Source of the DNA: a bacterium
Lineage (GTDB): Bacteria > Pseudomonadota > Alphaproteobacteria > Rs-D84 > CACZYB01
Assembly: GCA_014803575.1 (NCBI GenBank)
Contig: JAAVBO010000006.1
Span: 593-40,675, forward strand
DNA: 40,083 nt
Direction of reading: 5' to 3'
Shown: one piece after another, positions 12,295 to 21,540 of the stretch
Numbering within the stretch: position 1 is the first letter of the stretch
Layout: each line of letters starts with the position of its first letter
Notes under the pieces: generated by a model
The model's input: the letters and a program-made list of their open reading frames with translations, nothing else
What the model was told of the DNA's origin: nothing
Databases searched by the model: none
Translations under genes and position numbers: made by a program

Positions 12295-12816
12295 TTAATT
12301 CTTTATTATTATAATAAGATTCAGATAGGATGCAAATATTATCCAAAACAGATACGGATATAATAAGATATATGATAAAGAACTTACTTTTTTATAAACA
12401 TTCATCATATTTAATACTATGAATATATAAAATAAAATTTCAACAAATGCCATAAGCGGAGCTCTTAATCCAAAGAATAAAACTACCCATAAAAAATTAA
12501 ATAGTAATTGCAACGTATAAATAAAAATTATGTAATTTTTATCTTTTTTGCGGACTCCTTTATAACTTAGACAAGTTGAAACTCCTATAATAATATATAA
12601 CAAACTCCATACAACGGGAAATATAAAATTTGGTGGATTTAGTATTGATTTTTCAAGAGACGGATACCACGCCCTAAGGCTGTTAAATTGAACAAAACTT
12701 CCTATATAACCAACAAGATTACATATAAGTATAAGGACTGCACACCTTAATAAATCCTTTATAGTAATTCTTTGGTGTTTTAACTGAGCTTCTGCCTCTT
12801 TAATTTCTTCAAACAT
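12295..12816 (-). CDS. tspO: TspO/MBR family tryptophan-rich sensory protein
   Basis: WYPSLEKSILNPPNFIFPVVWSLLY, QLLFNFLW and PYLFWIIFASYLN are TspO signatures. Start moved to ATG 12816, which has an AAGGAG RBS (ORF track gives 12867). Confidence 0.92.
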   Translation of the reverse strand: MFEEIKEAEAQLKHQRITIKDLLRCAVLILICNLVGYIGSFVQFNSLRAWYPSLEKSILNPPNFIFPVVWSLLYIIIGVSTCLSYKGVRKKDKNYIIFIYTLQLLFNFLWVVLFFGLRAPLMAFVEILFYIFIVLNMMNVYKKVSSLSYILLYPYLFWIIFASYLNLIIIIKN

Positions 12817-12966
12817 AATTATTCTCCTTTTAGTGATAAAGATACTAAAAATTTTTATGAAACACAACTTAAAAGAGGTTTTAAGAATTTATACTTAAAT
12901 TTATTTATATTGTATAAATAAATATTGTATGTTATACTTTAAAAATCTAAAAAAATGGAGGTTAAA

Positions 12967-13716
12967 ATGAATTTAAAAAATCTTAATATCAATGTTGTTT
13001 TTGTTGTTATTGTTAGCTTACTTGCCTATGCTTTTAGTGGCAAAAATAATAATCAAATACACGTTTCTGGTGAATGTTCAAAAAAAGTTAAAAAGGATAG
13101 AGTTTCTATAATTTTACAGGTGAAAAATTTGGATAAAAATGCAAGCCTTGCTTCACAAAAATCTATGAAAACGTATAAGGCAATTTCTGATTATATTGTG
13201 GAACTTCAAAAACAATATCCAGAAACGGAACTTGAAACAACAGAATATGATACCTATGAAAAAACAGAGTGGAATTCAAATTTAAAGAAGAATGTAAAAC
13301 TTGGCGTTGAAAATGTTATCGGTTTATCCATAACATCACCTAAAATGGATTTAGTTGAAAATATTTTAGCAGAAGTATCAAAATTTTCTGATGTTTATCC
13401 AAACGGACTTAGAACTTTTGTGGCAAAGACCACATTAAAAAAAGAGCAATCCGCTTGTTTAGAAGATGCAGTAAAAAATGCACAATCAAAGGCTTTTGAA
13501 ATGGCAAATTCGGTTGGGCAAAAAATCGGTAAAATGACAAATGTAAGTGTTTATGATGATAATTACAGTTATACTTCTAATACTCGTGTTTATAAATCTA
13601 TGGCAAAAATGGCTGTAATGGAAGATGCAGATGAAACTATGGCCGGAGGACCTTCTATATTTACAGGGAATGCTGATATTTCATTAAAGGTGAATGCCTC
13701 ATTCGAATTGAAATAA
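12967..13716 (+). CDS. SIMPL (DUF541) domain protein, exported
   Basis: N-terminal hydrophobic segment, IHVSGE...D, AVKNAQSKAFEMA...G, C-terminal VNASFEL. Start at 12967 follows a GGAGG RBS. Confidence 0.85.
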   Translation: MNLKNLNINVVFVVIVSLLAYAFSGKNNNQIHVSGECSKKVKKDRVSIILQVKNLDKNASLASQKSMKTYKAISDYIVELQKQYPETELETTEYDTYEKTEWNSNLKKNVKLGVENVIGLSITSPKMDLVENILAEVSKFSDVYPNGLRTFVAKTTLKKEQSACLEDAVKNAQSKAFEMANSVGQKIGKMTNVSVYDDNYSYTSNTRVYKSMAKMAVMEDADETMAGGPSIFTGNADISLKVNASFELK

Positions 13717-13722
13717 TCTGAT

Positions 13723-13758
13723 AAAAAAGTGCTGAAAATATAAGAACAGCACTTTTTT
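13723..13758 (+). terminator. Intrinsic terminator
   Basis: aaaaaagtgctg...cagcactttttt, a 12-bp inverted repeat just after the SIMPL stop. Confidence 0.8.
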
Positions 13759-13906
13759 GTTGAAATAAATATTAAAATATGATATCTATTTAATATTAAA
13801 TAGGAGAGAAAAAATTTTAGAAACGTTATTTGTGTATTGTATTTATGGAACTGTTGCATATGCTTCATATAAAATAATAAATTCACAATATTTATAGAGG
13901 AAAAAA

Positions 13907-14404
13907 ATGTCATTTGATTTAGATAAAGAAAGAAAAATATATATAAAAGAATTAAAAAACTCTTATGATAAACCTGAGCAAGCTGATGTATCAGCAAACA
14001 GATTTTTGGATTTTGGAAGAATGTTAATTGCAACCAAAAATGATGATTTAATTAAAAATATTTCAACATTATCCTCTTTTTTAAAAAAAAGAAAGTTTGA
14101 TAATTTTTATATTCCTTATGCTTTGTTTATGAATTATAAAGATACCATTTTTGATTTAAGAGATCCTTATTATTCAAAAATTCTTTCTAACAAAGAAAAA
14201 GAAGAAAATTTAAAAAATACCATTTCTATTTTAAATAATAAATTAGATAATAAAAATCTTATTGATAGTCTTTATAAAATGATAAGAAGTGGGGAGAATA
14301 TTGATATTATCTATAATCCTGAAAAACTTAAAACGATAATTGCAGATATTGAAAAGACACAACGAATCGCTTTGACTATAAAAAATATGTCTAATGAAAA
14401 ATAA
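13907..14404 (+). CDS. Hypothetical protein, paralog A
   Basis: 165 aa, GAGG RBS, colinear homology to 14550..15059. Confidence 0.88.
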   Translation: MSFDLDKERKIYIKELKNSYDKPEQADVSANRFLDFGRMLIATKNDDLIKNISTLSSFLKKRKFDNFYIPYALFMNYKDTIFDLRDPYYSKILSNKEKEENLKNTISILNNKLDNKNLIDSLYKMIRSGENIDIIYNPEKLKTIIADIEKTQRIALTIKNMSNEK

Positions 14405-14407
14405 ATT

Positions 14408-14436
14408 AAAGGGGTTGAGAAGCCCTCTTTTTTTTA
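14408..14436 (+). terminator. Intrinsic terminator
   Basis: aaggggtt-gaga-agccctc followed by a long T-tract. Confidence 0.75.
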
Positions 14437-14549
14437 TTTGTGTTTATATTTAAGTCAGTTGAAATAAATATGTTTAGTGTATTGAATCTTTTATCAAAAT
14501 GTGGTATTATTTTATATAAAATATAATAATTTAAATTTAGGAGGATATT

Positions 14550-15059
14550 ATGTTTGATATATATGAAGAAACTGGCAGATATAAAAAAAGACTAAAAGAT
14601 TCCTATGATAATAAAGATAATATTGAAATTTCACGTGAAGATTTTTTTGATTTTGGTAAAGCTTTGATTGAAACCAACAATGAAAAACTAATAAATAATA
14701 TTTCCAAATTATCAGCTATTTTAAACAGACAAAAGAATGATAGTTTTTATATTCCCTATGCTTTGTTTTTATATCATAAAAAACAATTATGTGAGGTCGG
14801 ATTTCAACCTAACAAGGTTTTAAATAAGATAGAAGAAAAAAAACTTCAAAGTTTATCAGATAGTATTTTTATTTTAAAAAGACAGATTAAGAATAAAGTT
14901 TTTATTGATAATATTTATAAAAAAATAAGAACCGGTGAAGATATTGGTATTGTTTATAATCCTAAAAGAATAAAACAAAAACTCAAAGAGATTAACACAC
15001 AAAAACGAATTACACATATAGTTAATAATATGTTTATTGATAAATTAAATGTATCTTAG
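14550..15059 (+). CDS. Hypothetical protein, paralog B
   Basis: 169 aa, AGGAGG RBS. Shares DFG, FYIPYALF and IRxGExIxIxYNP motifs with paralog A. Its stop overlaps the cysS stop. Confidence 0.88.
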   Translation: MFDIYEETGRYKKRLKDSYDNKDNIEISREDFFDFGKALIETNNEKLINNISKLSAILNRQKNDSFYIPYALFLYHKKQLCEVGFQPNKVLNKIEEKKLQSLSDSIFILKRQIKNKVFIDNIYKKIRTGEDIGIVYNPKRIKQKLKEINTQKRITHIVNNMFIDKLNVS

Positions 15060-16462
15060 GATATCTTTTTTATATCAAATCCGTCTTTTTTATCTTCTAC
15101 TTGAAAGCCGTGATTTATAATTTGTTGTTTAAGTTCATCGGCTTTTGCATAATCTTTATTTTGCTTTGCAAACCAACGAAGTTTTGCAAGTTCTTTAATA
15201 TTATCAGGTATATTTACATTTAGTAAAGATTTTGCAGAATCGATAAATTCTAAGCCTAAAATTTCATCAAAAAATTCAATTAATTTTAGCTTCGTATTTG
15301 CATCCATATCTGATTTTAAAATATCTTGAAGAATCACAATACTGCCGGCTGTATTTAAGTCATTGTTTAATGTTTCAAGGATTTTTGTTTTCCATTCTTC
15401 GAATACAAATTTATCATAATCTTTGGTTGAGGATTTTATAATATCGGCAACTTTTTTTACTATATTTTCATAGGATTTTTTTGCACCATCCAAAAGTTCG
15501 TATGAAAATGTAAGTTGAGTCCTGTAACTTGCAAGAAGTAAAAAATATCTGTATACAAGTGCGGAGTAACCCTTTTCCTTTAACAAAGAAAGGGTTAAAA
15601 ATTCGCCGTTGGACTTACTCATTTTACCGCTTACATCGTTTAAAAATTCCATATGGACCCAGTAATTTACCCACTTATGCCCTACAACTGGTTCAACCTG
15701 TGCAATTTCATTTGTGTGGTGGACCTTTATATGGTCAACACCACCGGAGTGGATATCCAATCTGTCACCAATTTCGGATAGGCACATTGCGGAACATTCA
15801 ATATGCCAGCCTGGGAAGCCGATACCCCAAGGACTGTCCCATTCCATTTGGCGTTTTTCATTTGTTGGGGAAAATTTCCATAATGCAAAATCGGCAATGT
15901 TTTTTTTGCCGTTTGAAAAATCTACTCTTGCACCGGCCTTTAATTCATCAAGATTTTGACCGCCGAGTTTTCCATAATCCGCAAATTTTGAAGTATCATA
16001 ATAAATACCATCGTTTTCGATTTTATAGGTGTAACCCCTGTCCTCCAATTTTTTAACCAAATCGATTTGTTCCTGTATATACTGGGTTGCAGGAGTATAT
16101 TTTGTTGCGGAAAGGATATTCAAATCGGATATATCGTTCATAAAAATATCGGTATAATATTTTGCGATGTCCCAAACGGATCTACCTTCACGCTTGGAAC
16201 CCTTTTCCATTTTATCTTCACCAGTATCACCGTCGGATGTTAAATGACCGACATCGGTAATATTCATTATATGTTTGACTTTATAACCATTGGCAAGGAA
16301 CATTCTTTTCATAATATCTTGAGATACATAGGTCCTTAGATTTCCTATGTGTGCAAAGTGATATACGGTAGGACCGCAGGTATAAATTGATACTTCACCT
16401 TCATTTATAGGTTTGAAAGTTTCAATGCTTCTTGACATAGTATTATATAATTTTATATCCAT
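15056..16462 (-). CDS. cysS: Cysteine--tRNA ligase
   Basis: 468 aa. CGPTVY, HIGN, DFALWK, WDSPWG, PGWHIECSAM, KMSKS. Confidence 0.98.
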   Translation of the reverse strand: MDIKLYNTMSRSIETFKPINEGEVSIYTCGPTVYHFAHIGNLRTYVSQDIMKRMFLANGYKVKHIMNITDVGHLTSDGDTGEDKMEKGSKREGRSVWDIAKYYTDIFMNDISDLNILSATKYTPATQYIQEQIDLVKKLEDRGYTYKIENDGIYYDTSKFADYGKLGGQNLDELKAGARVDFSNGKKNIADFALWKFSPTNEKRQMEWDSPWGIGFPGWHIECSAMCLSEIGDRLDIHSGGVDHIKVHHTNEIAQVEPVVGHKWVNYWVHMEFLNDVSGKMSKSNGEFLTLSLLKEKGYSALVYRYFLLLASYRTQLTFSYELLDGAKKSYENIVKKVADIIKSSTKDYDKFVFEEWKTKILETLNNDLNTAGSIVILQDILKSDMDANTKLKLIEFFDEILGLEFIDSAKSLLNVNIPDNIKELAKLRWFAKQNKDYAKADELKQQIINHGFQVEDKKDGFDIKKIS

Positions 16463-16471
16463 AATAACATC

Positions 16472-18058
16472 CTATTTTATTTCTGTGAATTTTTCATTTT
16501 CAATTTTGTATTTTATAAAGCCTGCATCACCGTCAATATCTACACCATTTATATAATAAATATTTTCCGGAGTATTAGGATTGATTATTTCATATCCTAA
16601 AATTTTTGCAATAAATTTTGAAATATCATAATGGGAAAGTAATTTCGGATGGTTATTCATTCCAAACAAATCCTTTGTTTTTACATTTTTAGTATATAAC
16701 ATAAATGGGACTTCGGCTACACGAGAATCTAAAAATGAATGCCCCCAAAGACCGTCTTGTCCCATCATTTGACCGTGATCAGATGTAATTATCAAATAAA
16801 CTTTGCCATCAAGCGTTTTTGCCCAGTTTACAACCTTATACAATAACTCATCCAAATAAAGCATTGCATTATCATAGCTGTTTAATTTAAAATCCTTGTC
16901 TTCTTCATTAAAGACTTTATATTGAGGCAAGTTTTCATATATTTTTTCGTATGGATAATGCACAGCTCTTGTTTGCACAACAAAGAAATTTTTATCCTTT
17001 AAGGGAGTGGATTTTAAAAGTGTCAAAGCATAGTCATCACCTGATTTATTATATTTATATCGGGCATTATCCCTGTATATTGTCTTATCAACGAATCCTA
17101 TTCCTATATTTGAAAAAGTTTTACTTGATTGTGGGGAATACATAACAGTTTGGAATCCCTGAGAACGAGCCATTTTGAAAAGATTATTATCTTTCATAAA
17201 AGAGGCAAGATAGTTTTGTGCCTCCTTTTGAAAATTAAAAAACATTGATAGAGAAATTGATGTTGAAACACCGGAAGAAATAGCCCTTAAAAAAATAAAA
17301 TTTTTATCATTTTTTAACTTTTCAAGGTTCGGGGTTGTCTTCCTCTCATACCCATATAATGACATATTGTTCGGACTGGTGCTTTCCAACATATAAAAAA
17401 TTATTGTTATTGGTTTTGTTATATCTTTTTGTTTTATTACTTCATAAGGTAAAAATTTATTTCGTTTAGTATCCGTATGGACTAAATAACTTGATAATGA
17501 TTTTATTCCATTCCTAAAAATATACCTTAGTGGAGATGGAGAATTTTTATCCTTTGCCTGTTTTGAAACAATATACGGTTGGAAAAGAAAAACTCCTAAA
17601 AATACTATAATAAATATATTTGAATGATAGATATATTTGTATGTTTTTTTTCTCAAATAAATTGATAAAGCAAAAAGTATTATACATATAATGGGCAAAT
17701 ACCAAAAACTCATGATATCGGCAAAAAAGCCCAATGCGATATCTTCTGTTTCAACAAATAAAAGTTGTATATCCGCACCTAAAAAATATCTTCCGAAATG
17801 GAAGAGATAAAACAGTGAACAGCCCATTAAAATCCATACAAAGCTTAAAACTGTTATGAAAAATTTGTTACTTTTTATTAAAAATAAAGAAGCCATAAAC
17901 AGAAATATATAAAGAAAAGTATTTGCGTGAAAATGTGCCAGATAGTTATGTGAAAAAAGCCTTAATAAATAATCCGGAAGAATTACGATAAATGAAAAAA
18001 GAAGGGCAAACAAAAAAGAATATGCCCCCTTTTTCCAATTAATTGATAAACTTTTCAT
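16472..18058 (-). CDS. Phosphoethanolamine transferase (EptA/sulfatase-like superfamily)
   Basis: 528 aa. N-terminal ~5 TM segments, ES..NMSLYGYERKTTP, catalytic Thr context STSIS, YDNAMLYLD, SDHG, GH, VPF. Confidence 0.88.
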   Translation of the reverse strand: MKSLSINWKKGAYSFLFALLFSFIVILPDYLLRLFSHNYLAHFHANTFLYIFLFMASLFLIKSNKFFITVLSFVWILMGCSLFYLFHFGRYFLGADIQLLFVETEDIALGFFADIMSFWYLPIICIILFALSIYLRKKTYKYIYHSNIFIIVFLGVFLFQPYIVSKQAKDKNSPSPLRYIFRNGIKSLSSYLVHTDTKRNKFLPYEVIKQKDITKPITIIFYMLESTSPNNMSLYGYERKTTPNLEKLKNDKNFIFLRAISSGVSTSISLSMFFNFQKEAQNYLASFMKDNNLFKMARSQGFQTVMYSPQSSKTFSNIGIGFVDKTIYRDNARYKYNKSGDDYALTLLKSTPLKDKNFFVVQTRAVHYPYEKIYENLPQYKVFNEEDKDFKLNSYDNAMLYLDELLYKVVNWAKTLDGKVYLIITSDHGQMMGQDGLWGHSFLDSRVAEVPFMLYTKNVKTKDLFGMNNHPKLLSHYDISKFIAKILGYEIINPNTPENIYYINGVDIDGDAGFIKYKIENEKFTEIK

Positions 18059-18075
18059 AATACAAATTCTCTTTC

Positions 18076-18801
18076 TTAATCAAGCCAATATTCAATAGTT
18101 GAAACAACCCTTACTTTTTTATTTATTGATTGTTTTTCGTAGCCTTCATCTGTGCCAGCAAGAATAGAGAAAACACCTTGTGATGCCTTTCTTATTTTAC
18201 CAACTTTTGAATCAGATGCCTTTGCAAATTCTTGGGCTGATTGTTTTGCGTTTTTTGTCGCTTCTTCAAGCATTTTTGGTTTTATTTCATTAAGACCTGT
18301 AAATAAATAACTGACAGGTTTTGAATATTCGTCACCGTCAAAGATAATTCCCTTTGAAATAAGTGAGCTTATATTACTTGATGATGTTTCAACCAAATTT
18401 ACATTGTTTGATTGAACTATTAATTTTTGTGTTAAAATATAACGATATGTTGGTATTGTATTTGAAGAATAGCGTTCTGCAAGTTTATCAACAACACTTA
18501 AACTTTCAGGTGTTATTTCTTCATCAGTAAATCCTGCTGATTTTAAAAAGTTTATAACTTCGTTAAGTTGATTTTCAACTTTTTTTTGTGAAGCAATCAT
18601 ATCATTTTCCGCAACGGTAAATTTTATTTTCCATATTGCCAAATCTGCCTTTACATCCATTTCGGCAAGTCCCTTTACCACAACGGAATTATTTGTTTTA
18701 TATGTTTTGAAATAATAATATCCCGGAAAAAAGCCGGCACACATTAAACCTACACATAAAAATACACCAGTAATAATTTTTGATTTTCTTTTTTCTTCCA
18801 T
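18076..18801 (-). CDS. SIMPL (DUF541) domain protein
   Basis: 241 aa. VVVKGLAEMDVKADLAIW, LNEIKPKMLEEATKNAK, ASQGVFSI, KKVRVVSTIEY. Confidence 0.9.
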   Translation of the reverse strand: MEEKRKSKIITGVFLCVGLMCAGFFPGYYYFKTYKTNNSVVVKGLAEMDVKADLAIWKIKFTVAENDMIASQKKVENQLNEVINFLKSAGFTDEEITPESLSVVDKLAERYSSNTIPTYRYILTQKLIVQSNNVNLVETSSSNISSLISKGIIFDGDEYSKPVSYLFTGLNEIKPKMLEEATKNAKQSAQEFAKASDSKVGKIRKASQGVFSILAGTDEGYEKQSINKKVRVVSTIEYWLD

Positions 18802-18945
18802 TTTTATCTCCTTTCATTTTTATTATTAATAAATAAAATTTAATTCTATTTTATATAAAAGGCAAGTCTAAAAAAATACTTTACTTTCATATAGGTATTG
18901 ATTAATATTAAAAGACAAAATCAATTATAAAATTAGGATAGAAAA

Positions 18946-21540
18946 ATGTCAGAACAAAACCTTAATTCTTATGCCGAACAATTATATAAATTTCAAGAAG
19001 AAAATGATTACTTTAAGGCAAATCCGGAAAGTCATAAGCCTCGGTTTACAATTATGATTCCGCCACCAAATGTGACTGGAAATCTTCATGTAGGGCATGC
19101 ATTTACCATGACTATGCAAGATATTGCTATCAGGTATAAAAGGATGAAGGGATTTGACACACTACTTCTTCCGGGAACGGATCATGCAAGTATTGCAACA
19201 CAAATGCTTGTTGAAAAACATCTTAAAACTAAGGGTATTGATAAAAATGAAATAGGCAGGGAAAAGTTTTTGGAGTATGCCTGGGATTGGAAAAATACTT
19301 ATGCCGGTAATATCACTTCTCAACTTAGGACTATCGGATATTCGGCTGATTGGTCTCGTGAAAGATTTACTCTTGATGCCGGACTTAATAAGGCGGTTGT
19401 AGAGGCGTTTGTTCGTATGTATGAAGATGGGCTTATCTACAAGGACAAGCGACTTGTTAATTGGGACCCTGCACTTCTTACATCCCTTTCCGATTTGGAA
19501 GTTCTTATGGTGGAAGAAAACGGCTCTATGTGGCATATCAGGTATGATATAGAGGGAAGTGATGAAACAATTATCATTGCGACAACTCGTCCTGAAACTA
19601 TGCTTGGAGATACAGGAATTGCTGTAAATCCGAATGATGAGCGTTTTAAACATTTAATTGGAAAGTTTGCAATACTTCCAATACTTGGTCGCAGGATTGA
19701 AATTGTCGGTGATGATTATGCGGATATGACAAAGGGAACCGGTGCGGTGAAGATTACTCCTGCACATGATTTTAATGACTTTGAAGTGGGTAAGCGTCAT
19801 AACCTTAACATAATAAATATTTTCCATAACAATGCGACGATTGATACATCCAAAATCCCAGAGGAAAATGATTTTGTGAAGTCGTTGGAGGGATTGGATA
19901 GGTTTGAAGCAAGGAAACTTATTGTTGAAAAATTAAAAGATCTTGGCAACCTTATCAAGATAGAACCTTATGTTCATCAGGTTCCACATTCGGAGCGTGG
20001 TGGTGCGGTTGTTGAACCTAGAATGACAGAGCAATGGTATTTGAATGTTTCCGGTATGGCGAAAAAGGCGATTGATTTGGTTAAAACCGGAAAGTTGGAA
20101 TTTATCCCAAAGATGTGGGAAAATACTTTCTTTGCTTGGCTTGAAAATATACAACCTTGGTGTATTTCACGACAACTTTGGTGGGGGCATCAAATTCCTG
20201 CTTACTACACAGATGACGGGAAAATTATTGTTGCTCGTAATTTAGAAGAAGCTCAGGCAAAAGCCGGTGCCGGTGTCCATTTGACACAGGACGAAGATGT
20301 CCTTGACACTTGGTTTTCATCTGGACTTTGGCCTATGTCAACACTCGGTTGGCCAGATGAAAATAATATTGATTTTAAAACATATTTTCCAACCTCAACC
20401 TTGATTACCGGATTTGATATTATCTTTTTCTGGGTTGCAAGAATGGTGATGTTCAGTGTGTACTTTACCGGCAAATCTCCGTTTGAAAAAGTTGTTATAC
20501 ACGGACTTGTTCGCGATGAACACGGTGTAAAAATGAGTAAGACAAAGGGGAATGTTGTAAATCCGCTTGATTTAATAGATGAGTTTGATGTGGATTCTGT
20601 TCGCTGGACCGTATGTTCGCTTTCCGGTCAGGGACGTGATATAAACTTTGGTAAATCAAGTGTTGAAAACGGACGAAAGTTTATTACAAAGCTTAAAAAT
20701 GCCATTAATTTCTGGGAGCAAAAGGGTGTAAAGGAAGCGTCCGATTTTAAAGGAAAGGACTCCTCTGCTATTACAAATTGGATTTTGGATAAGATGAATT
20801 CGGCTATTCAAAATGCAACAAAATCAATTGAAAATTATCGTTATGATGAGTATGCACAGACAATTTATCATTTTGTTTGGGATGATTTTTGTGATAACTT
20901 TATAGAGCTTTCAAAATCCGAACTTAACGGTGAAAAGAAGGATTTGATACTTTCCGTTGCAAAGCTTGTAATACAAAATATATTGAAAATGTTGCAACCG
21001 GTTATTCCGTTTACAACCGCCCTACTTTGGCAAAATTTGGGCTTTGGTCGTGATGTTGATTTCGTAAATGAAAAATATCCAGAGATTGTTTCAATTGACG
21101 GGTCAAATGTTTCTGATATTGATTGGTTGCTTTCCGTAATAACTACTATCAGAAATATTCGTGCTGAAAACAAGATTGGATTTAAGGAATCTTTAAACAT
21201 CTCATTTAAAAATATTGATGCGGATAAAAATCAATATATCCCCCTTATTGAAGCACACACAAATGTTGTTTATGCTGGTGTAAGTGATGATATGATTGAT
21301 TGTGTGATTGACAAGTCAACTACTCTTTCCATATCTTTACCACAAACGAATAAGGAAGAGGAACTTCAAAAAGCACGCGCAGAATTGGAGCAAGTAAAAA
21401 AGCGAATCGCCTCTTTGGAAGCACAACTTTCAAATGAATCTTTCGTTTCGAAAGCTCCAACTCAAGTTATTGAAGATAGAAAGAAAAGCTTATCTGAGTT
21501 AAAGGAAAAGATGAAAAAATTGGAGACTGTGATTAAATGA
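18946..21540 (+). CDS. valS: Valine--tRNA ligase
   Basis: 864 aa. PPPNVTGNLHVGH, ATTRPET, GTGAVKITPAHD, WCISRQLWWGH, DVLDTWFSS, KMSKT, C-terminal coiled coil. Confidence 0.99.
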   Translation: MSEQNLNSYAEQLYKFQEENDYFKANPESHKPRFTIMIPPPNVTGNLHVGHAFTMTMQDIAIRYKRMKGFDTLLLPGTDHASIATQMLVEKHLKTKGIDKNEIGREKFLEYAWDWKNTYAGNITSQLRTIGYSADWSRERFTLDAGLNKAVVEAFVRMYEDGLIYKDKRLVNWDPALLTSLSDLEVLMVEENGSMWHIRYDIEGSDETIIIATTRPETMLGDTGIAVNPNDERFKHLIGKFAILPILGRRIEIVGDDYADMTKGTGAVKITPAHDFNDFEVGKRHNLNIINIFHNNATIDTSKIPEENDFVKSLEGLDRFEARKLIVEKLKDLGNLIKIEPYVHQVPHSERGGAVVEPRMTEQWYLNVSGMAKKAIDLVKTGKLEFIPKMWENTFFAWLENIQPWCISRQLWWGHQIPAYYTDDGKIIVARNLEEAQAKAGAGVHLTQDEDVLDTWFSSGLWPMSTLGWPDENNIDFKTYFPTSTLITGFDIIFFWVARMVMFSVYFTGKSPFEKVVIHGLVRDEHGVKMSKTKGNVVNPLDLIDEFDVDSVRWTVCSLSGQGRDINFGKSSVENGRKFITKLKNAINFWEQKGVKEASDFKGKDSSAITNWILDKMNSAIQNATKSIENYRYDEYAQTIYHFVWDDFCDNFIELSKSELNGEKKDLILSVAKLVIQNILKMLQPVIPFTTALLWQNLGFGRDVDFVNEKYPEIVSIDGSNVSDIDWLLSVITTIRNIRAENKIGFKESLNISFKNIDADKNQYIPLIEAHTNVVYAGVSDDMIDCVIDKSTTLSISLPQTNKEEELQKARAELEQVKKRIASLEAQLSNESFVSKAPTQVIEDRKKSLSELKEKMKKLETVIK

